A stretch of 64,000 nt of DNA. Source: Podarcis muralis (Eukaryota). Made by a program: the position numbers and the translations under genes. The notes beneath the pieces are model-generated. The model was not told where the DNA came from. It did no database searches and saw only the letters and a program-made list of their open reading frames with translations. The stretch is taken from NCBI RefSeq assembly GCF_964188315.1, contig NC_135658.1, positions 103,974,001-104,038,000 on the forward strand, written 5' to 3'. Numbering within the stretch: position 1 is the stretch's first letter; each line of letters begins with the position of its first letter. This document shows, piece by piece, positions 12,871 through 23,493 of the stretch.

Positions 12871-14029
12871 AATTACAAATAATGTAAATAAGGCAGAGAA
12901 GAATTGGTTTCCCTTCCCTATGTGCTGTTTTGTGCAAAGAGCAGGCCCCCAACCCCCGTTTTATATGTTACCGTAACTTTGCTCCTTGAACTCAATTTAA
13001 CTTATATTTTGGGGGAGTGCTTCATACTGCCAGGATGGGGGAAACAAAAGTCGTGCAATGATCACCATCAGAGTCTCCTTTTAAATTTTGATCAGTGAGG
13101 TTCTGAGCATGTTTGCAAGAACTGCCAGCCTAGCATCACAGATAAAATGCTCAACCAGATTGAAGACAGAACTGCTGGGCAATGGGGTTTCATGTGTTAT
13201 TATCCTTTTTCTAAATGTCACTCTTAAGTATATTTTGCTGAAGTGATGACAAAGGGGATCTTCCATTTCATTTGCTAATATTAATTTATTCCAAACAGAC
13301 AAGTTGGGTTTTGAAATAACTTCTCTGCGGACAGTATTAAGGGCATTTGGGAAATAGAGAGATTATGTTAAGTACAGTATTGTCAGTGACTTGTCCATGC
13401 TCTGTGTGATAGTGTGCAGAGGCAGATGTGTGTACAATATAAGCATGGGAAGTCATTATAAGATTAATTTTGGCACTTGGAATCACACCCTTATTTCTGT
13501 CTCTTCGTTTGCTGTCTTTGCAAACTAACAGACATGCATCTAATGCACCTCCCCTATATAAAGTTTTGTAGAAAATATGATGTAGCAATTTCATTTTTCT
13601 AGCCAAAGTCCTTACTGCTGTGATCTTTCAGCTTTTTTAAAAAAATAAAAAGCTCTCTGCTTTTAAACACATTCCACTAGGTTCCTCCTGTTTAATTATC
13701 ATGTTGATGCCTTTACTTTTCTCTTCAAATGTCATTTTAAAATGAGATCAGATATAAATCTTGTAACTGGAGCCCTTCTGAATGCTGCTACATCCTCAGT
13801 AAAGTTTATTGTGAATATCTGCCTCAGAAGAAGAGTAATATATAACATTAGCACATTTGGATTATGTATGATCCTTTTGTTAAAGGCTGACGACGTGATT
13901 CCATTACCAGGAGCAAGTCTGTGTAGTCCTGGTATGAAACCCCATCTTCTCAAGAGTCTCAGCTTCCATGTGATAAAAGTGCCATACCTAAGGACTAGAA
14001 AGCAGCAAATACAACACCTTTTTTTAAAA

Positions 14030-15295
14030 AAGGATCCGCTGAGGGGATCCTGGAAAGTACAGACTGGTTAGCTTAACATTTGTCCCTGGAAAACTGGTTG
14101 AGGGTATTGTTAAAGATAAAACAGCCAAGAACATAGAAGAACAAGCCTTGTCGAGCAGAGCTAACATGGCTTCTACAAAGGAAAGTCCTGTCTCACAAAC
14201 CTTTTTCCATTCTTTGAGAGTATCGAAAAGCATATTGGTCAAGGTCATCTGGTTGATATGGTGTACCTGGACTTTCAAAAAGCTTTTGGGGTATTCTTGT
14301 GAATCAGTTGTTTGTTAAGAGGCAGCAAGGGAGGAGTAGGAATATAGGGAAAGTTCTCAAACTAGAGAGACGTAGAAAACGGAGTCTCCTGAAGATCACT
14401 GTTGGAACCTGCTCAAAAACAATCTAGATTTAGAGGGAATCAGTGAGGTGGCTAGGTTTGCTGATGATACCAAATTGTTCAGGGTAGTTAAAATAAAAAG
14501 AGATTGTGAAGAGCTCCAAAAGGATACAGTGGTACCTCAGGATGCGAACGGGATCTGTTCTGGAGCCCCGTTCGCATCCGGAAGCGAACGCAACCCACGT
14601 CTGCGCATGCCGCAATTTGCCGCTTCCATGCATGACGTCATTTTGACCATCTGCGCATGTGCGAGCGGCGAAACCTGGAAGTAACACGCTCTGTTACTTC
14701 CAGGTCATCACGGAGCACAACCCGAAAGCGCTCAACCTGAAGTGTATTCAACCCAAGGTATGAATGTATTTCCAAACTGAGTGAATGGGCAGTAAAATGG
14801 GAACTGCCATTCAATGTAAACATGGTGGGTGGGGGGTAAGTCTTCATTTCACCTGTACACTCATGTGGTCTGACCAGGAATGAGATCATGGGGTCATAGT
14901 GGATATAACTCAATAAAGTTGTTGCCCCAGTGTGCAGCAGCTATGAAAACAGTGGATTCCATGGTTAAACAATAGAACTTTGGAACCTGCTCAATAGGAG
15001 ACAATGATGGTCACCAACTTGGATGTCTTTAAAAGAGAATTAGACAAATTCATGGATGATAAGGCTATCAATGGCTGTTAACCTCTACAGCTATGTTCTA
15101 CCTCCACTGTCATAAGCAGTAGGCCTCTGAAAACCGGTTGCTTTGAATCGCAGTTGAGCAGAGTGCTCTTGCACTCACGTTATTCTTGCAGGCTTCCCAT
15201 GGGCATCTGGTTGTCCACTGTGAGAAAAGAATGCTGGATTGGCTGCTCCATTGGCCTGGTTCAGCAAGTTTCTGCTCTAGCCCATACAGCCTGTG
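14030..15295 (+). mobile_element. CR1 LINE RT and 3' end, internally deleted, with nested MITE
   Basis: DPGKYRLVSLTFVPGKLVE, DMVYLDFQKAF, FADDTKLFRVVK..RDCEELQKD, then a 3' UTR with ccattggcctggttcagca. Confidence 0.85.
14527..14766. mobile_element. Tigger-like MITE, CpG-rich subfamily, nested in CR1 RT
   Basis: TA-cagtggtacctcagg ... caaggtatgaatg-TA (right TIR degenerate). It splits the ELQKD|xSKLSEW coding segment. Confidence 0.8.
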
Positions 15296-15540
15296 ATATA
15301 TGCTTGAATGTGGGGCGAGGAGAGGGGAATGCCTGCTGAAAACCTAGACGCCAGTGGGAGAGAGGACCTGCCATCCTGAGTGATTGCTGCATTTCCAGGT
15401 TGGTTTCTGGAACTCAGGAGGTTTGCTTTGAATTGCAAGCTGGCAAAACTTATGAATGGGAGCCTCTTTTATGACAGTCACTTCCATGCTCCCAGAGATC
15501 AGCAGGGAAGGAGATTAGTGGTATCTGATGCTCCTCTGAT

Positions 15541-17300
15541 GATAATAATATAATAATAATTTATTATTTATGTCAACCATCTGACTGGATTGAACTGGCC
15601 ACTCTGGGTGGCTTCCAACAAATTAAAACATCAAACATTAAAAGCTTCCTGACACAGGGCCACCTTCAGTTCTCTTCTAAAAGTTAAATAGTTGTATATT
15701 CCTTGACATCTGACGGGAGGGTGTTCCACAGGGTGGGCGTGACAACTGATAAGGTCCTTGCCTGGTTCCCTGTAACCTCATTTCTTGCCATGAGGAAACG
15801 GCCAGAAAGTCCTCAGAGCTGGATTTCAGTGTCCAAGATGAATGATGGGGTGGAGACGATCTTTCAGGTATACATGGCCAAAGTCATTTAGGGCTTTAGA
15901 GGTCAGCACCAATAGTTTAAATTTGTGCTCAGAAACATACTGAGAGCCAATATAGGTCTTTCAGGACCTGTGTTATATGGTACTGGCAGCCGGTCCCAGT
16001 CACCAGCCTGGCAGCTGCATTCTGGATTAATTGTAGTTTCTGAGTCACCTTCAAAGGTAGCAAAGCCCACAAAGAGCACATTGCAGTAGTCCAAGCAGGA
16101 GATAACCAGAGCATGTACCACACTGGTGAGACAGGGCACAGGCAGGTAGGGTCTCAGCTGACATACCAGATGGAGCTGGTAGACAGCTGCCCTGGACACA
16201 GAATTGACCTGTGCCTCCATGGACAGCTGTGTGTCCAAAATGACTCCCAGGCTATGCACCTGGTCCTTTAGGTAGTTACCCCATTCAGGACCACACCTTC
16301 CTGCCCCTTGCCCCCAGAAACAGTACTTCCGTCTTGTTGGGATTCTACTTCAATCCATAGACTGTCACCCACTCACCAACCGCCTCCAGACACTCACACA
16401 GGATATTCACCACCTTCACTTGTTCTGATTTAAGCAATATGTAGGTGTAGCTGGGTGTAGATGCGGGTGGCGCTGTGGGTAAAACCTCAGCGCCTAGGAC
16501 TTGCCGATCACATGGTCAGCAGTTCGAATCCCCGCGGTGGGGTGCGCTCCCGTTGTTCAGTCCCAGCGCCTGCCAACCTAGCAGTTCGAAAGCACCCCCG
16601 GGTGCAAGTAGATAAATAGGGACCGCTTACCAGCGGGAAGGTAAATGGCGTTCTGTGTGCTGCACTGGCTCGCCAGTTGCAGCTTGTCATGCTGGCCACG
16701 TGACCCGGAAGTGTCTGCGGACAGCGCTGGCTCCCGGCCTATAGAGTGAGATGAGCGCACAACCCTAGAGTCTGGCAAGACTGGCCCGTACGGGCAGGGG
16801 TACCTTTACCTTTACCTAGAGCTGGGTATCATCGGCATATTGGTGAACAACCAGCCGGATGATCTCCCCCAGCAACTTCATATAGATGTTAAAAAGCATG
16901 GTGGAGAGGACAGAGCCCTGAGGCACCCCACAAGTGAGTGCTCAGGGATTCCCTTATTGCCCACTTTTTGTACATGACCCAGGAGGAAGGAGTGGAACCA
17001 CTACGTAACAGTGCCCCCAACTCTCAGCCCTCCTAGATGGTCCAGGAGGATACCATGGTTGATGGTATCAAAAGCTGCTGAGATCCAGCAGAACCAGGAA
17101 ACAGCTGTGAGGAACTGCATGTTACCACTAATGGTATAAAAATGCCAGAGCCCATCTTCAGCTACTTCCAGGCTTTCAGAGGAATCCAAGTTCATGTTAG
17201 CAGTGTCATGCAAGGAGACATGGCTTTCCCCACCATGGCTGGAACATACAGCATTGGTCATGGTGGCCTTCTGGGGCTTTGATGGGGCTTTCCTGCATCA
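15541..17300 (-). mobile_element. L2 LINE 3' portion (RT to tail), interrupted by Sauria SINE
   Basis: AAFDTINHGILL, LGVILDTQLSMEAQVNSVSRAAVYQLHLV.QLRPYL, LDYCN, LQLIQNAAARLVTG, with an (AAT)n tail at 15541-15565. Confidence 0.9.
16459..16817 (+). mobile_element. Sauria SINE, variant subfamily, nested in L2
   Basis: Full head and tail. TSD core agctgggt at 16449-16456 and 16820-16827. Distinct body and tail (ggcaagactggcccgtacgggcagggg). Confidence 0.92.
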
Positions 17301-18440
17301 CTTCAGGAGTGGCTAACCCTAGCATGAAAATTCTTCAAGGCAGAGAAAATATGATTTTGTTGTTCTCTGTTGCTTGACAGACCACATTTTGGTCTTTCTT
17401 CCTGTCTGTCCTTTTCTACTCTCTTATTTGCTAAAGGCATTGAATTTGCTACTGAAAGACGAGAATTGTTCATGGCCGATTGATTTAATTTAAAATCTGT
17501 CATTAATTACCTTAAGGAATGTACTTGGTTGATCATAAATCCAGCATCTGCTCACTCGCCTGAATACTCTTGTGCAAAACTGTAATAAGTCTGTTTTGGT
17601 TATTTCCACTGTGCTTATGCTGAGTACTTGAGTCTTGTGATGGCACGCAATATTTCATAGTCTCTTAAAAATCCATTGTGAAAATAGAGTAAGTAATTGT
17701 TTCCTGGAAAGAGCTAACACTAGGGATATATTTAGACTCTCAAAGGTGAATAACGATGGCTACAATGACCAGATGCTGCTGTTTGGGGCTGTACTGGTTG
17801 CCACAATGAAAGAATTAGTGAACTCTTTTGACTTTGTAGTGTAGGGTTTCATCACACATCTCCTTTGTTTGCTCTGTTGTATCACTGGACCTCTGCATCT
17901 CTCTCTCCTCTAGTAATTACAGAGTAAATGCAAGTTAAGCTATAATAATGCTGTCATGATGCCAATATACGCTTTTGGAGTTGTCAAGTTATGCCTTGTG
18001 AGTGTAAAATGGTAAGCCTTGAAGTGAGTAAATTTTCCTGAATAACATTCCATTCTCTCCCCACCTGATATGCTGTTTTATTGAGTACAGTCTGCATTCC
18101 ATTGAAATCAATGTCAAAATGCTCTTGATTATAATGCACTGGGACTGCAGCCATTAATAGCATTGAGGAAATGCCTAGATTATAAATTCTTTAACAAAGG
18201 AATCCAGGTCCTAGTCAAGGAAGAATGGCTGGTTCTGCAGAGAATTTACTGTAGTTCAGTTCCTTTTATGTACATTCCCCAAGGGATAACAGTTAAAAAC
18301 AAAACACAACAAACACAATTTAAAAACCAAATACCCATTTTGGTTAACCATCACACACCTGCTTAATCCTGGCTATTGTCCACCAGCCCTAAAGAAGAAA
18401 AGCTTCAGTTCTGGATTTTCATATAAAATGAAGTCCCACA

Positions 18441-18656
18441 ACATAGGAACATAGGAAGCTGCCGTATACTGGATCAAGCCACTGATCCATCTAGATCAGT
18501 GCAGTCTATCTGACTGGCAGCAGTTGTCCGTGGTCTCAGGCAAAGATGCTTTCCAGCCCTGCAAACTGAGTTCCTTCAGACTGGAAGTGCTAGTGACTGA
18601 ACCCTGGGTGTTCTGTATTTGAAACAGATGCTCCATCACTGAGCTGTGGCCTCTCC
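18441..18656 (-). mobile_element. tRNA-derived SINE (Squam2-like), degenerate
   Basis: Reverse complement has the head gccacagctcagtgatggagcatctg...cccagggttcagtc and the tail ggcagcttcctatgttcctatgt. Confidence 0.65.
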
Positions 18657-19303
18657 TCTCAACCAGCAGAACACCTACTATATACAAGGCCTTGCTGTTC
18701 AGGCTCATGGCTGGCCCAGTAAGTGTCCTCTGCTGATCTTGGTGGCACAATGGGGAGAGTCAGTCTCTGAGGCATTTAGAGTACAAACAGAGATATGGCA
18801 GAGTATGCTGCCATACTCAGTGGTTAAACTATTTCAGGACTACTATAAAATGTGCTGAAATTGCTTGTCCCGGCCCAGTGAGTAAGAGCAATACAAGCTT
18901 GGAGGTTAGCTTGTTTGTGGCAGGGGAAGCTTTCCTGAATGAGAGGTAACGATGTGAGTGTGCGGGAGAGACTTTATGATTTTTGAAACTTTGTATATTA
19001 TGGTTGGGACTTCAGGATCTGGTGGAGTGATTTCATTGGTAAATGAAATAACCGCACAGTGAGAGTGGGGACCATGATTATGGGAGTGTGTGTGTGTGTG
19101 TGGGGGGGGTCCCTGAGAGGAAGATGGTAAGGAAGTGTTGTCAGGAGAGCATGTTCCCCTGCCATTCTGAGTATTTTCCTTGCAACTTGACTTAAAAACT
19201 TTCCATTTTGCTTGGAAAGGTGTGCTAGCAAATGCACACTAGCTTTCTTAGGGGCGAAACTGGGCTTTATTTCACCCAGGTCAAAGACCCAGTTTGGCAC
19301 ATC

Positions 19304-19678
19304 CAGACCCTCCAAGTGTCCCTATTTCCCAGGGACAATCCTGGATTTGCAGAAGCCATCCCAGTTTCTGATTTGATCCTGGAATGCCCCACTTTTCCTA
19401 AGGACGTTCCTATTTTCATCAGAGAAAGGTTTCAGGGTACAGAGTTATGAGACCCCATGAACCAAGGAGGTAAGTAACTATACAACCTTTAAAAGATATC
19501 TGAAGGCAGCCCTGTATAATGTTTAATGTTTAATTATGTTTTTTATATATGTTGGAAGCCACCTAGAGTGGCTGGGGCAGCACAGCCAGATGGGTGGGGT
19601 ATGAATAATAAAATGATTGTTATGATGATGTTGGAATAGGCTGTCCCTATTTTCAACAGAGAAATGTTGGAGGGTATG
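19304..19678. mobile_element. Non-autonomous DNA-transposon pieces (cataccctccaa-type ends) around a short L2 3' tail (19495-19625)
   Basis: ccctccaagtgtccctatttcc left end (also at 39719) and aatgttggagggtatg right end. L2 tail gaagccacctagagtggctgggg...ggggtatgaataat. Confidence 0.55.
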
Positions 19679-21306
19679 GACACCCCCTCACCCACATCCG
19701 CACACAGACAGAGGCTGGGAGCCTCAATGGTGCCCCTCTGGAGGCTTCACCCAAGTCAAAAAATCCAGCTATCATTGCCCCCCCCAATGGCACTGGCTTT
19801 CTTCTACCACCATGGATGAAAGGAGTAATTCCTGTTCTCTGTTCAGCAAACAGGGAAGCTCTGAGATACTCCTCACTACCGCACACCTCACAGCTTTAGA
19901 GGTCTAAAGGCAGGAAGCCCTGTGAAACCTGCTGGTAGAAAGATATATTGAGTGCATAAGCACCTATTAAGGCTATGGAGTGCATGACACAGGTATGTGC
20001 AATCCACATGCATTTTTGCACAGTGCAAGGTACCCTCTTTATTTTCTTTGTAAAGCCCCTTCAACTCAAGACTGACCCTTTACAAAGAATCTCCATTCAA
20101 ATTCATGCTTTTGCTTTGAACTTTCCCCCTAATGTTTTGCTCCCCATCTCCTTTATTTTTCTTTCTTGGTTCCCATTTTTAAAGGTGTCTAAAGGAACTC
20201 CTGGATGTAATTGCTTGTGCTCTGTCACCATTGCTAAAGAGTCTGTGAAGTGTGTAAAGCCAAATAATTAATGGCCTTTAATTAAAATGATGGAAAGGTG
20301 TATTTATTTCAACTTTCAGAAAGCCAAGAGAGCCATGTTTTCCCAGGTGTTCTGAGGTGCATCACGTAGTTCAGCTGTTTCCTGTCATTTTTTCCTCTGC
20401 ATCTCACTGACTTCTGTGACCCTTGTTCTTAACCTTGATTTTTTTCTTGTATATCAAAGGGAGAACCAATCAGCTTTCACTAAACTGCAGACTAAGAATG
20501 TGTCAAAATCATTTACTATAGTTCACTTAAAATAGTAGCTCTTGGGATATGGTTTAACAAATATTTTAAAAAATAAATTGCATAACTGACTGTCACCATC
20601 CAATTGGAAATCAAGTCTAACATCATTTTGCATTTTCAATATTCAATAATGCAAAAACTTACCAAGTAGCACAGGTGTACAAGAAAGTGTACTTAAACTT
20701 TCATGGAAGTTCCTGCGTGTCATAGTTTTTGGCTTTTTTTGGATGAAACTACCTGTTGTTCTTCACCAAAGGATAGACTCAAGTACTGTCCCTTAAAACC
20801 CCATGTTCCCTTTGCGACAGCACCAATGACTGATTGGACCTGGAATTTGTTAGATTCTGCTGGGCTTCAATTCTACTTGAGAAATAAATGAAAATAAAAT
20901 GAAAATATCAAAGAATACAGCTCTCATACCTGTGAAAAATTCCAACCTCAGTCCTACACTTAGTAGATCAGCAGACAACATGTTCATTCTATGGCAAGCA
21001 GAGGCGCCAGCTTGCGAGGTGGAGCAAAACGTGGTGGCTGAGCAGCTTCAATGGCCAGTGGCTGCTGCAACCCTCCTTCCCCTCCATAGCAGCAGCAGGA
21101 GGGGAAGAAGCCGACCACTGGAGCTGCGTCACAGTCAGCTCTGCACTGAAGCAATAACAAAAGGGATATTCCATTTCATTTGCTAAAATTAATTTATTCC
21201 CAACAGACAAGTTGGGTTTTGAAATAACTTTGTAGAGGTCCTCCCATCTGTAGCTGACAGTTGTAGACACATATCTTGAAGCCATTTAATGTTGTATTTT
21301 CCATTA

Positions 21307-21531
21307 CAGTTTGAAAGCACGTCCAAGTGCAAGTAGATAAATAGGTACCGCTCTGGTGGGAACGTAAATGGCGTTTCCGTGCACTGCTCTGGTTCACCAG
21401 AAGCGGCTTAGTCCTGCTGGCCACATGACCCGGAAGCTGTACGCAGGCTCCCTTGGCCAATAAAGTGAGATGAGCGCCGCAACCCCAGAGTCGTCCACAA
21501 CTGGACCTAACGGTCAGGGGTCCCTTTACCT
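21307..21531 (+). mobile_element. Sauria SINE, 5'-truncated
   Basis: Body and tail only. TSD ttttccatta at 21297-21306 and 21532-21541. Confidence 0.92.
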
Positions 21532-22317
21532 TTTTCCATTAAGCATCTCTCCTAGAATTCTCTGAGGCACCTGGAATGAAATGATTATTTTATTTTTGTT
21601 GGCTTGCTGACTTTCTAAACTACAATTTGTTGCTCTCTGCATTTCTAATTTTGCTTTGGGAGCTCTAGATGGTAGATGTGAATATTCAGATTGGATTCTT
21701 TTCATTACTTGTGGTAATACCTGAAAAGGTATGGAGAATTCTGGGGAAATTGTTTTTCTCTTCTAAGGCATGGACTATGCTATCTGCATGGCTATACAGC
21801 AAGAAAATAACATCAGGCACATGATTTTAAGTCAAAATGATAGATATAAAATTTATAATTAAGAAGCCCCGTTACATGCCTAATAAGCACAGGATGCCTT
21901 TGCCTGGCAGCGCTGTGCCCCATGGATTGCAGCTAAATACTGGGCAAGGTTTTGCTCAGTATCTTCCCTGTGTGATGGGCTCATGGGGAAAAGCTGTCCC
22001 ACAAGCCCTTGCCGCCTATATAAGGTTGCTTCCCCTGGAGCTCAGACCCATTTTCCTTTGAGAGCTTCAGGTTAGAGCCTTCACTGTGCAATTTTGGGTC
22101 ACTGGTTGACAGGGCCAGAAAGGCATTTCTCTCTCTCAACCTGATTGGAACTTGGTTGGGGGCTTTTTTTGCCTTTCCCTCAGTGAAATTATGACTTTCA
22201 TTTGTTAGGAAGAACATTGTATGAGGAAAAGGCATTGATCAGGATCAGCATGGTATAGGGCCCCCCCATATGGACTCTGAGGGGAGGATTGACCATGGCA
22301 AACCCAAGCTTGTGTGT

Positions 22318-22486
22318 CCTTCCAGTGAGCACTCAGGGCTGATTTCCTTAAGAATGGATGCGTTTGATCTTCTTGCAGTCCATGGGACTCTCAAGAGTCT
22401 CCTCCAGCACCATAATTCAAAAGCATCAATTCTTCGGCGACCAGCCTTCTTTATGGTCCAGCTCTCACTTCCATACATCACTACTG
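22318..22486 (-). mobile_element. BovB (RTE-BovB) LINE fragment
   Basis: MYGSESWTIKKAGRRRIDAFELWCWRRLLRVPWTARRSNASILKEISPECSLEG is the characteristic BovB post-RT segment. Confidence 0.92.
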
Positions 22487-22812
22487 CTTTTCTCCCAAGA
22501 AAACTCCATGGACAAAGACAACAGGCATATCACCATTGTACATTCTGGTTATTTTGCTACTCTCAGGAGTCACATAATGCGCCTGCCTGGGCAAATGCTA
22601 CTTGAAGTTTTGCAATCTTTCCCCCTTGCTGAATAATCCAGAAATGAAACAGCTGGGTTATGTCCTCCAGGAAGATAGACTGGCACAAAGGATGTGATTG
22701 ATGATCTTGGTCTGCAGCCAGACTCCCAGTTTCCATCCTCTCCAGGTAAATGGATAATATTACTCCTACCATCAGACTGGTCTAGAATAGGACATTATTA
22801 TGACTACTAAAA

Positions 22813-23170
22813 GGGATGCGGGTGGCGCTGTGGTCTAAACCACAGAGCCTAGGACTTGCCAATCAGAAGGTTGGCGGTTCGAATCCCCGTGATGGGGTGA
22901 GCTCCCGCTGCTCGGTCCCTGCTCCTGCCAACCTAGCAGTTCGAAAGCACGTCAAAGTGCAAGTAGATAAATAGGTACCGCTCCGGCAGGAAGGTAAACG
23001 GCATTTCCGTGCGCTGCTCTGGTTTGCCAGAAGCGGCTTAGTCATGCTGGCCACATGACCGGAAGCTGTCTGCGGACAAACGCCGGCTCCCTCGACCTAT
23101 AGAGTGAGATGAGTACCACAACCCCAGAATCGTCCACGACTGGACCTAATGGTCAGGGGTACCTTTACAT
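22813..23170 (+). mobile_element. Sauria SINE, full length
   Basis: A/B boxes, body and tail. TSD ttatgactacta at 22798-22809 and 23171-23182. Confidence 0.95.
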
Positions 23171-23338
23171 TTATGACTACTATAGAGAAGGTCCAATATC
23201 TTGTTCCCCAGCAAACCTGCTCCCTGAAATGGAAGGTTCCCCTCTGACAATGTCTGACCTAACTCATACTGGAGAAGGTGTCCCTTCATATGAACCTAGG
23301 CCCAACCTAGGCTTTCCCGGTACAATTCAAGCTGTTGC

Positions 23339-23493
23339 CAGAGGCGGATTTAGGGGTGTGTGGCCAGTTCAGTCACATGGGATGCAGAGCATTCTGGGTG
23401 CCGTGGAGGACGCTGCATCTACCATATATAATGGAAGGGAGGAAGGGGCACGGAATTTTGAAATTGCACGGCGTTGCCCAAGGTCCACCACTG
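23339..23493. mobile_element. hAT-like MITE
   Basis: Ends cagaggcggatttaggg / cccaaggtccaccactg (12/17 inverted match), flanked by a (g)ctgttgc 7-8 bp duplication. Confidence 0.65.

Noticed and set aside
13238-13330. C/D-box snoRNA reading of the duplicated element (gtgatga)
   Set aside because: The C-box is absent in the second copy and no terminal CTGA D-box follows.
17746-17845. VNNDGYNDQMLLFGAV peptide resembling an integrin FG-GAP motif
   Set aside because: It ends in a stop, has no supporting neighbouring exons, and the resemblance is only a few residues.
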